Made by a program: the position numbers and the translations under genes. A stretch of 64,000 bases of DNA, from assembly GCA_031270805.1 (NCBI GenBank), contig JAISWK010000089.1, positions 18,235-82,234 on the forward strand. Direction: 5' to 3'. A model generated the notes under the pieces. That model searched no databases, was not told the origin of the DNA, and was given only the letters and a program-made list of their open reading frames with translations. Shown piece after piece: positions 46,345 through 54,063 of this stretch. This DNA is from Gracilibacteraceae bacterium. Its GTDB lineage: Bacteria; Bacillota; Desulfitobacteriia; Desulfitobacteriales; Syntrophobotulaceae. Position 1 is the first letter of the stretch. Every line of letters begins with the position of its first letter.

Positions 46345-48519
46345 TTAAGCCTTGCAAATCCTACACGGTATGCCATTATACGTCCACGTCCCCACATAGC
46401 TGTCCGAGGTTTCCATGTCGCCCGAGGTCAACACATTGGCGTTCGCCCGCCACATTCCGCCCAAATGCGGCTCGTTCCCCGTTTCCTCCGGAAACCACCA
46501 GCCGTATTCCACGGCGACGGTGTTTTTGGCCCCGGGCGTGATGTGGACGGTAAAAATCTGCTCGCCGCGCTCCGTCTGCACCAGGACGTCGTCCCCCTCG
46601 ACCAGACCGTGCGCCGCCGCCGTTTGGGCGGCCATCTCCGCCCACGGCGCCGGGTGCAGGCGGCGGAGCGCGGGCAGCCAGCGATGGCTGGAAGCGTAAT
46701 AGGGGTGGTAGCGCGAACCGGTCAGCAAACGCAAGGGAAAGCCCTCGGCTGCGGGCAGGGGCGCGGGCGGCGGAATCGCCGGTTCGGCCAGCGAACGCAA
46801 AAACTCGCTCGCCAGCTCGACCTTGCCCGTCCCGGTGGCAAAACCGCGCTCTTTCCCGTCCCCGGCCGGCAAAAGGTAGGAGAAATAGCTGTTGGCGGCA
46901 ACCGGCGCGTAAAGCCCCGTTTGGCAGAAACTATCCCAGCCGAGGCCCAAGGGCTCGAAGGCGGCCGCCAGCGCCTGTTCATAGTCCGGCCAGGGCCAGC
47001 GCCCTTCCTGCCCCAGGCGTTCGCCGAGACTCTTGAAAAAATCGTAGTCGGTGCGCCGCTCAAAATAGGGCGCCGCCGCCCCGTTGCCGCCGTAGGCAAT
47101 ATTGGCGATGCCCGCCTTTGTTTCCAGCACCGGTTTTTCCAGCGGCCCGGCAATCGGCAGGATATAATCCGCCAGCATGGCGGTCGGTGTGGGAAAAAGT
47201 TCCAGCGAAACCAGCAAGTCCAGGCTGTGGAGCGCCCGGTGTACCAGGCGACTGTCCGCCTGGGTCAGAAGGGGGTTGGCCGCCATGACGATCAGGGCCC
47301 GCACCGGATAGGGTTCGCCTTTGAGCATGGCCTGCCAGACGGCGTTCGGGTGCGCCGAGGTCAAATAGCGTTCCGGTGGGCGGAACCCGTGCCCGGCCAA
47401 AATCGCCGCCAGTTTTTCGTAGGCGGCGTAAGTTTGTAATTTGAGCCGGGGAGCGTTCAGCTGCGCCGCTTTAAGCTCGGCCCCCATCTCGGCGCTGAGC
47501 TCAAAATCCACTTCCGGCCGGAAGTCCGGCATGGCGGTGAGCAGCGACGCGCCGGGGTAGTCCAGGTTGCCGGTTATGGCGCGCAGGGCGGCGATGGCCT
47601 GGTGAGTCGGCAGACTGTTTTGGCCGAGTTGATCCAGCCCGCGCCCGGTATAGAGCGTGGAGGGCGGCTCTTTAGCGTAAAGCCTGGCCAGGCGGGTGAT
47701 TTCCTCCGCCGCCAGTCCGCAGACCCCGGCCACCTCGCCCGGCGAATAGGGCCCGGTGTGGGCCGTGAGCTCCGGGAAACCGTGGCACCATTCGGCCACG
47801 AAGTCCCGGTCATAGAGCTTTTCCCTGATGACCACATGGAGCAGAGCCAGGGCCAGGTAGGGGTCGGCCCCCGGCTGAATCGGCAGGTAGAGCGTAGCTT
47901 CCCTGGCCGTCGCGGTTTGGCGCGGGTCAATGACCACGAGTTCGCCCCCGTTCTGGCGGAACTGGCGCACGGTCTGCCAAAACAGCGAATTATCCGAATC
48001 GGCGGGGTTTACGCCCCAGAGCACGGCGCAATTCGTGATCCCGGGCATAAGCTCCATGTCTATGTGCCGGCCGTACATGAGCAGATTTGTCCAGACGCCG
48101 GGATTCCAGCAGATCTGCCCGATACCCATGTTGTTGGGGCTGCCGAACAGCGTCATAAAACGGTGCAGCGGCCAGTAGGTCGTGTGGGGGCCGCCGATGG
48201 CGCTGGCCAGCGTCTTGGCCCCATATTGCCCCTTGAGATCGCTCAAGCGGTCGCTGATCTCCGCCAGGGCCGTTTCCCAGCTGATTTGCTCGAACTGTCC
48301 CGCCCCGCGCTCCCCCGTCCGTTTGCGCGGAAAATTGATTCTGGCCGGGTGGGCCAAAAACTGAGGCGCCGTCGGCCAGCGGCGGCAGTGGCGCAATATA
48401 TTTTCGTCGTAGGGAAATCGCCCCGGATCGGGGCGCACCTTGATTAAGCGCCCGTCCTCCACGGTTGCGAGCAGTCCGCATTGATAGCCGCAAAAACGGC
48501 AATTTACATGTTTTTCCAT
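46345..48519 (-). CDS. molybdopterin (bis-PGD) oxidoreductase catalytic subunit, acetylene-hydratase/transhydroxylase-like clade, no Tat signal (MopB-2)
   Basis: Start trimmed to the ATG after GAGGG (MEKHVNCRFCGYQCG, the CxxCxxxC FeS0 motif). Blocks FPTPTAMLADYILPIAG, GTGKVELAS, GWWFPEE. Confidence 0.8.
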   Translation of the reverse strand: MEKHVNCRFCGYQCGLLATVEDGRLIKVRPDPGRFPYDENILRHCRRWPTAPQFLAHPARINFPRKRTGERGAGQFEQISWETALAEISDRLSDLKGQYGAKTLASAIGGPHTTYWPLHRFMTLFGSPNNMGIGQICWNPGVWTNLLMYGRHIDMELMPGITNCAVLWGVNPADSDNSLFWQTVRQFRQNGGELVVIDPRQTATAREATLYLPIQPGADPYLALALLHVVIREKLYDRDFVAEWCHGFPELTAHTGPYSPGEVAGVCGLAAEEITRLARLYAKEPPSTLYTGRGLDQLGQNSLPTHQAIAALRAITGNLDYPGASLLTAMPDFRPEVDFELSAEMGAELKAAQLNAPRLKLQTYAAYEKLAAILAGHGFRPPERYLTSAHPNAVWQAMLKGEPYPVRALIVMAANPLLTQADSRLVHRALHSLDLLVSLELFPTPTAMLADYILPIAGPLEKPVLETKAGIANIAYGGNGAAAPYFERRTDYDFFKSLGERLGQEGRWPWPDYEQALAAAFEPLGLGWDSFCQTGLYAPVAANSYFSYLLPAGDGKERGFATGTGKVELASEFLRSLAEPAIPPPAPLPAAEGFPLRLLTGSRYHPYYASSHRWLPALRRLHPAPWAEMAAQTAAAHGLVEGDDVLVQTERGEQIFTVHITPGAKNTVAVEYGWWFPEETGNEPHLGGMWRANANVLTSGDMETSDSYVGTWTYNGIPCRICKA

Positions 48520-48540
48520 AATGGCCCTCGCCGCCCGGCG

Positions 48541-48564
48541 CAACCGCAACCGCAACCGCAACCG
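48541..48564. repeat. (CAACCG)x4 tandem hexamer in the radical-SAM/MopB-2 spacer
   Basis: caaccgcaaccgcaaccgcaaccg read directly. It lies 22-45 nt upstream of the MopB-2 ATG. Confidence 0.9.
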
Positions 48565-48602
48565 CAGGAGTACGCCTGACGCCTCCGCGGCGTCCTCTTG
48601 TC

Positions 48603-49955
48603 TCAAGGCTCAACTCTCAGCCTGTTCCCCTCCGCATCGGTCAAATGGTAGAGGCAGAACGGCACTAAGCGCCCGTCGCGGCTCATCACCACCATGCTGC
48701 ATTCGCGGGTTTTCTGCAAATCCAGGTTATAACAGTCCATATAGTTCATCACCACTATGGCCAGCCCCGCCCGATGGCGCGGAAAACGCCGCCGGGCGAT
48801 GTCCGCCAGCACGGAACCCTGCGGGCTCTGGGGGTCGAAGGCCGCCAGATAGTCCGCTTCCGTAATCAGGCGCGTCAAGGGCGTCGGTTTGCCGCCTCTG
48901 GACAGCAGGTAGGTGGAAGAAGTGCAGAGGGGGTGCGAGCAGCCCAGAGACCAAAAGTCGCCGGGTTCGAGCAGCCCGCCGCTCTGCGCCGCCAGCAGCC
49001 GAATTACGTCGCCCTGGGTCAGCCTTTTTTGCCTGCGGGCGTCGAAGCGCCGAAATTCCGCCGGGGCGCCGCTTTGACCGACCTGGAACCGCCCGGAACC
49101 GAAGGCCGGTTGATAAGCGACGCCGGCCACAATATCCCGGTTGTCCAGGGCGAAGCGCAAGACGTCGCCGATCTGGCTCTCATTCACCCCTTCGATTATA
49201 GTCATAGCCAGGCAAATTTGCAAGCCGGCCCGGCGGCAATTGTCCAGCACGGCGAGCTTATCGGCCAAAAGCGCCGTCCCCCGCGTTTTTTGGAACACCG
49301 CGTCCGTCACGCCGTCAAATTGCAGGTAAATCCCGGTGGCCCCCGCCTCCGCCAGCGCCGCCGCGTAAGCCTCGTCCCGGGCGAGGGCGAGGCCGTTCGT
49401 GTTGATCTCGATGAACTCGAAGCCCACGGAGCGCCCCAGGCGGATGATTGCCGGCAAGTCGGGCCGGATGGTCGGCTCGCCGCCCGTCACCTGAATGGCG
49501 GTCTGGGGAGTCGTCGCCTGCATAATGTGTTCAAAGGTCCGGCCCAGTTCCTCCAGGGTCGGATCCGGCGGCGCCTCGCCCCGGCGTTCTTCTGCCGACA
49601 TGAAACAGACGGGGCAGCGCAGGTTGCACCGCTCCGTCACCTCGATTTCCACCAAGGTCGCCCGCCGGGCGTGGCGGGCGCAGAAGCCGCAGTCCAGTGG
49701 ACAGCCCCGCTTCGCCGCCGAGCGGAAAAAACGGGGCGGGGCAGGGGGCAGACGCAACGAATTCATTCGGAGAAAACTATCTTTGTCCGGCCAAAGACAG
49801 GATTCCGTCCGGCCGTGCTCCGGGCAGTCCTTGACCAGCCATACTTCGTTGCCCTGCGCCTCCACCCGGGCGGGGCTGCTTTTCAGGCAAAAGGGACAGA
49901 GCGCTTCCGTCGGCCAGAGGAGTTCCCCGTTCCCGGCCAAATCCGCAGGGCTCAT
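48603..49955 (-). CDS. radical SAM protein with N-terminal Cys knuckles and an additional Cx3Cx2C cluster motif
   Basis: Start is the ATG overlapping the NrfD stop (ATGA). CPFC...CPEHG, CPLDCGFC, canonical CNLRCPVC, TGGEPT. Confidence 0.8.
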   Translation of the reverse strand: MSPADLAGNGELLWPTEALCPFCLKSSPARVEAQGNEVWLVKDCPEHGRTESCLWPDKDSFLRMNSLRLPPAPPRFFRSAAKRGCPLDCGFCARHARRATLVEIEVTERCNLRCPVCFMSAEERRGEAPPDPTLEELGRTFEHIMQATTPQTAIQVTGGEPTIRPDLPAIIRLGRSVGFEFIEINTNGLALARDEAYAAALAEAGATGIYLQFDGVTDAVFQKTRGTALLADKLAVLDNCRRAGLQICLAMTIIEGVNESQIGDVLRFALDNRDIVAGVAYQPAFGSGRFQVGQSGAPAEFRRFDARRQKRLTQGDVIRLLAAQSGGLLEPGDFWSLGCSHPLCTSSTYLLSRGGKPTPLTRLITEADYLAAFDPQSPQGSVLADIARRRFPRHRAGLAIVVMNYMDCYNLDLQKTRECSMVVMSRDGRLVPFCLYHLTDAEGNRLRVEP

Positions 49956-50875
49956 TTCCCGGCGCGGATAAAGGCTTCGTCGCCGATCGGCAGACGCGAG
50001 CGGAACAATTGCTCGCCGGGCAGGAAGGTGCGGTTCTCGCCCCCTTTGATCACCCAAAGACGCATCAGCGCGCCGCCGCCCAGAGCGAGCAGGGCGCCGC
50101 CAACCTGCAGAGCCGGGGCGCTCAGCCCCACGAGCAGACCCGGCAGCACCATGCCGCCCGCGAGGAACAGCCCGAAGCCCGGGGCCAAATCGCCCTTGGC
50201 CCAGCGCTCCGCCGCCGCGACCTCATGCTCCGTGCCGGTGCTGCGCTTCACATAGACATAGGCGACCCAGAGGACGGCTTGGAGCAGGAGCAGGAGGGCC
50301 GTGCCGACAGCGAGCGGCTGAACTAGGGCCTGGTTCGGGGCGGGCAGGGCCGCGTTGCACAGCAGGTGCAGGGCTAAACCCGTCGCCAGGGAAGAAAGCA
50401 GGAACAGGGGAATTAACCCCGGCCCGTGCCAGAAAGGCCGCGCTTTGTGTCTGGCCAGCAGCACGCCCGGGTAAGCCGCGACAATGAGACCGCACAGCAC
50501 GCACAATCCCGCCACCAGCTTTTCCAGGATCGCCACCCCCGCCCAGGGGAAGATGGGGAAGGCGAAACTGGCGAGGACAAAGCCCAGCCCCGCCGTCAGC
50601 GTCATATTCCAGGCCCCGAAGGTCAGAATGGCTTTCGGGTTGGTGAACACCCGCCAGGCCCGCAGCGGCTTGCCCAATTCCAGAATCAGAAGCAGGGCGC
50701 CGATTCCGACGCCGACCGCGCCGACCGCGCCGACCAGGGGCGAGCTGAGTCCGGGCGCCGCGAAAGTCAGCACTCCCGCTGCGGCGACCGCCGCCGCGCC
50801 CATGCCGGCAAAGAAAAAATCCGCCGCCAACATCCAGCCCCAGTTGTCGTCATGATGTTTAACAGCCACAGTCAT
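49952..50875 (-). CDS. NrfD/PsrC/DmsC-type integral membrane subunit
   Basis: 307 aa with about 8 hydrophobic helices. Starts HHDDNWGWMLAADFFFAGMGA, typical of the NrfD family. The start may be the GTG at 50869 (better RBS spacing). Confidence 0.7.
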   Translation of the reverse strand: MTVAVKHHDDNWGWMLAADFFFAGMGAAAVAAAGVLTFAAPGLSSPLVGAVGAVGVGIGALLLILELGKPLRAWRVFTNPKAILTFGAWNMTLTAGLGFVLASFAFPIFPWAGVAILEKLVAGLCVLCGLIVAAYPGVLLARHKARPFWHGPGLIPLFLLSSLATGLALHLLCNAALPAPNQALVQPLAVGTALLLLLQAVLWVAYVYVKRSTGTEHEVAAAERWAKGDLAPGFGLFLAGGMVLPGLLVGLSAPALQVGGALLALGGGALMRLWVIKGGENRTFLPGEQLFRSRLPIGDEAFIRAGK

Positions 50876-50908
50876 ATCCTCCTTGCTTGGGACTCGTTCC
50901 CCGAATCC

Positions 50909-51445
50909 TCAATTGATATAGTAGACGCCGGGCTGCGTGTTCAGCTCGCCCAAAAGCCATTGTCCGCCCTTCGCGCCGACGAGCTGCGCCACCTCGCTGG
51001 CCGGGTCGTCCAAGTCGCCGAAAGAACGGGCTTTCTGATGGCAGGTATTCACGCAATAAGGTTTTTCCCCCGCGTCCACCCGCTCCTTGCAGAAGGTACA
51101 TTTCCAGGCGACGCCGTCATGGCTGCTTCTGGCCCCGTAAGGGCAGCTCATAATGCAGGCCTTGCAGCCGACGCACATATCCTGATCCACCCAGACGATG
51201 CCGTCTTCCCGCTGCTGGGAAGCCTTCGTCGGGCAGGCGTCCACGCAGGGCGTGTTCCGGCAGTGCATACACAGAAGCGGAACGTGGGTCATGTGGACAT
51301 GGGGAAAAAGCCCCGTCACCCCGTTGGTGACCACTGGATTGTAAATCACGCTCACCGGCAGATCATTGTGTACCCGGCAGGCGACGGTGCAGCTCTGGCA
51401 GCCCACGCATTTTCCCCGGTCGATAACCATTACATACTGCGGCAC
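50909..51445 (-). CDS. 4Fe-4S dicluster-domain electron-transfer subunit (DmsB/PsrB-like, four Cys groups)
   Basis: GTG start after AAGGGGGG. CVGCQSCTVAC, CMHCRNTPCVDACP, CVGCKACIMSCP, CTFC...C..C. Confidence 0.85.
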   Translation of the reverse strand: MPQYVMVIDRGKCVGCQSCTVACRVHNDLPVSVIYNPVVTNGVTGLFPHVHMTHVPLLCMHCRNTPCVDACPTKASQQREDGIVWVDQDMCVGCKACIMSCPYGARSSHDGVAWKCTFCKERVDAGEKPYCVNTCHQKARSFGDLDDPASEVAQLVGAKGGQWLLGELNTQPGVYYIN

Positions 51446-51458
51446 TTGCTTTCCCCCC

Positions 51459-53678
51459 TTACTCCGCTTTGTAAATCCGGCACAGGAGACCGCGGTTGGC
51501 CCAGCTGCCGCCCAAGGGATCGCAGTGGGCGTCCTCGGTGCTGGTCAGGACATTGGCGTTGGACTCCAGGCAGCCGCCCAGTTCCGGCAGCCGCATATCC
51601 CGCTCCGGGAACCACCAGCCGCGCTGGGTCATCACGACCCGGGGCATGACGGCTTCGGTCAGATTGGCCTTTTGCCGGATCCGGCCCCGCCGGGTCTCGA
51701 TCCACACCCAGTCGCCGTTCTTGATCCCATAGTGTCCCGCCGTGCGCGGGTTAATGTCCGTATAAGGTTCGTGGGCCAGAAAACGGACTGACGGCAGGTT
51801 AAAATGTTCCGAGTGGTGGTAGGGCATGAATCCGCCGGCGGTGGTCAGCACCAGCGGAAATTCCTCCGCCAGTTCCGGATTCGCCGTCTCGCTTTCCGCC
51901 GGGGGGACATACACCGGCAGGGGAGGATAGCCCAACTGTTCCAAAATGCTGGATTTGAGCTCGACCTTGCCCGAGGGCGTGCCGAACCCGTGCTCCAGGT
52001 AACGGTTGAACTCCCGCTCCGGATAGTGGAAGCGCGGCCACTCGACAAAGGCGTCGTAGCTCTCCGAGCCGTAGAAGTTCTCCGCGAGATTGGCGATCTG
52101 GTAAAAATAGGCGTCTTCCAAAGTTTCCCACGGCCAGTGTTCCGCCTGACCCAGCCGCAGCCCGAGCAGCCGCCAGAAGTCGAAGTCCGTCTTGCGCTGA
52201 TAAAGCGGGGCAATCGCCCGCTGCGACGCCACCAGGGCGTCGGAGACGCCGTAATTTGTGTGGACGGACGGGCGTTCCATCGAACCGGCAATCGGCAGCA
52301 CATAATCCGCCAGCATGGCGGTCGGGGTCAGAAAATAATCGCAGCAGGTCATGAACTCCACTTTTTCCAGCGCCGCCAGCACTTCCCGGCTGTTGCCGTA
52401 AGAATTGACCGGATTGGTGGCCGAAACCAGGAGGGCCCGCACCTGGTAGGGCTTGCCGCTCAGGATGGCCCGGTAAACCGACGGCGGGTGGGCCTCGCAC
52501 ATCCATTCGGCGGTCGGCGCCTTGCCCCAGAACTTCTTCGACTGCTCGGCGATCAGCGTGTAGCCCGGCCAGGTGGTCAGTTTGTATTTATCCGCCCCCA
52601 GCTGCTTGCCTTTCTGTTCTTCCGGCAAAAGGTCGTTGGCTTCCATTTCCTCGTCGGTCAGGTAGTCCTGGGCCGGGCCGGTCAGGATGTCGGCTCCGGG
52701 CCCGTCCAGGTTGCCGGTCAAGGCCCGGAGGATGGCGCGGGCGTGCATACATTCGCCGGCGGGAGGGCCCTGCTGATCCACTGCCGGCGCCCACTGGATA
52801 TTGCCCGGGGTATTGGCGGCGTACATGCGCGCCCCGGCCCGAATCTGCTCCGGGTCCAGCCAGGTCAGCTCCGCCGCCCATTCCGGCGTGAAATCCTTCA
52901 CATGCTTGCGCAACTCTTTGAAGCCTTCGCAGTAATTTTTGACAAAATCGGCGTTGTGCAGTTTCTCCGTAATGATGACATTGATCCAGGCCAGCGCCAG
53001 GGCCAGGTCGGAACCGGGCCGGATCGGCAGCCACAGGTCGGCCTTGGCGGCGCTCTCCGTGTAGCGGGGGTCGATGACGATGACTTTCAGGCCATTCTCC
53101 CGCTGCAGGTTGGTAAAACCGGCCTGGGCCGGCATACTGGAGGCGCCGGGATTCTGGCCCCACAGCACGATACAGCGCGCCTGGCCCACGTCGATCTCAA
53201 AAGGGCACCAGCCATAAACGGTCATTTCCACCATAAAAGTAGGAATCCAGCACAAATGAGCGTTATGGAAACTGTTCGGGCTGCCGAAAGCGTTCATAAA
53301 ACGCCGCCGGGCCCAATCGTCCGTGCGCAGGGTGCCGCCCGCCGTCGCCACCGCTTCGGCGCCGGATTCGGCCCTGATCTGCTCCAGCTTCGCGCCGATT
53401 TCGTCAATCGCCTGCTCCCAGGAAATGGATTCCCACTGGCCGCTGCCCTTGGGCCCGATCCGTTTGAGCGGGTGGTTGACCCTGTCCGGGTGGTGCAGGT
53501 GCTGAAGCTGCAAGTTGCCGCGGCAGCAAAGACCGCCGCTTGAAGCCGGGTGATCCGGGTCGCCTTCAAACCGCAGCAGTTCCCCGTCCTTGACGTAGGC
53601 GAGTACGCCGCAGTTATTATGACAGAAGTAGCAGCAACATTTCCGCACTTCCACGCCGGCTTCCGATTCGTTGCTCAT
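51459..53678 (-). CDS. molybdopterin (bis-PGD) oxidoreductase catalytic subunit, acetylene-hydratase/transhydroxylase-like clade, no Tat signal (MopB-1)
   Basis: Start trimmed to the ATG after GGGGGAG (MSNESEAGVEVRKCCCYFCHNNCG). Blocks RRFMNAFGSPNS, FLTPTAMLADYVLPIAG, GTPSGKVELKSSILEQLGYPPLP, RGWWFPE. Confidence 0.82.
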   Translation of the reverse strand: MSNESEAGVEVRKCCCYFCHNNCGVLAYVKDGELLRFEGDPDHPASSGGLCCRGNLQLQHLHHPDRVNHPLKRIGPKGSGQWESISWEQAIDEIGAKLEQIRAESGAEAVATAGGTLRTDDWARRRFMNAFGSPNSFHNAHLCWIPTFMVEMTVYGWCPFEIDVGQARCIVLWGQNPGASSMPAQAGFTNLQRENGLKVIVIDPRYTESAAKADLWLPIRPGSDLALALAWINVIITEKLHNADFVKNYCEGFKELRKHVKDFTPEWAAELTWLDPEQIRAGARMYAANTPGNIQWAPAVDQQGPPAGECMHARAILRALTGNLDGPGADILTGPAQDYLTDEEMEANDLLPEEQKGKQLGADKYKLTTWPGYTLIAEQSKKFWGKAPTAEWMCEAHPPSVYRAILSGKPYQVRALLVSATNPVNSYGNSREVLAALEKVEFMTCCDYFLTPTAMLADYVLPIAGSMERPSVHTNYGVSDALVASQRAIAPLYQRKTDFDFWRLLGLRLGQAEHWPWETLEDAYFYQIANLAENFYGSESYDAFVEWPRFHYPEREFNRYLEHGFGTPSGKVELKSSILEQLGYPPLPVYVPPAESETANPELAEEFPLVLTTAGGFMPYHHSEHFNLPSVRFLAHEPYTDINPRTAGHYGIKNGDWVWIETRRGRIRQKANLTEAVMPRVVMTQRGWWFPERDMRLPELGGCLESNANVLTSTEDAHCDPLGGSWANRGLLCRIYKAE

Positions 53679-53803
53679 TGGACTCCCCCTTTTTTCCCTG
53701 CTTTCCTTTTCGCGCCCTCTGCGGGCCGCGACCGCCTCACTTGCTTTGATTTTACCGCAACAGCGCGTCCCAGGCAAGCAGGTCTTTCACATTATACTTT
53801 CAA

Positions 53804-53819
53804 TGCAAGAAATGTGCCA
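53804..53819 (-). promoter_or_regulatory. sigma-54-type -24/-12 promoter element (TGGCAC-N5-TTGCA)
   Basis: The reverse complement reads TGGCACATTTCTTGCA, about 125 nt upstream of the MopB-1 ATG. GG-N10-GC spacing verified by hand. Confidence 0.55.
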
Positions 53820-53957
53820 CAAGCCGGCCAATGGCTTTAATAGCGTGTTGAGAGCGTTTTGCGCCCGGGCGCCGCCCTTCCTTTGTTACTCATTTTGCTA
53901 CATTGAGCGACGGTTGTATCATTTTGGGAATAGATGCGCCGCCGTCCGCGCAGCGCA

Positions 53958-53986
53958 TTGACAGTACGACCGCATTTTGCTAAAAT
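53958..53986 (+). promoter_or_regulatory. sigma-A-type promoter TTGACA-17-TAAAAT upstream of the Fe-S aldo/keto reductase
   Basis: ttgaca gtacgaccgcattttgc taaaat counted by hand. Confidence 0.5.
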
Positions 53987-54063
53987 CAGTCTCAATTGCG
54001 TGAGTATACCGCAGTCGCGCTGCGGCTTCCGGTGTCAGGCAAAATTTGTGCGGGGGGTTTGTT

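Noticed and set aside
48520-48606. LRLRLRLR peptide at the N-terminus of the long MopB-2 ORF
   Set aside because: It is produced by the (CAACCG)4 microsatellite upstream of the RBS-supported ATG at 48519, so it is treated as non-coding.
46315-53543. Plus-strand ORFs opposite the molybdoenzyme operon (46315..47439, 47602..48447, 48774..50255, 50426..51649, 51804..53543)
   Set aside because: These are shadow ORFs with Arg/Gly/Pro-rich composition. The minus strand carries Cys-motif-bearing proteins with RBSs and coupled starts.
53679-53777. Possible Tat leader in the long form of MopB-1 (…AARRGREKESREKRG…)
   Set aside because: The RR is not followed by the xFLK hydrophobic stretch of a Tat signal. 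The region lies upstream of the GGGGGAG RBS and ATG at 53678. MopB-2 likewise shows no RR motif.
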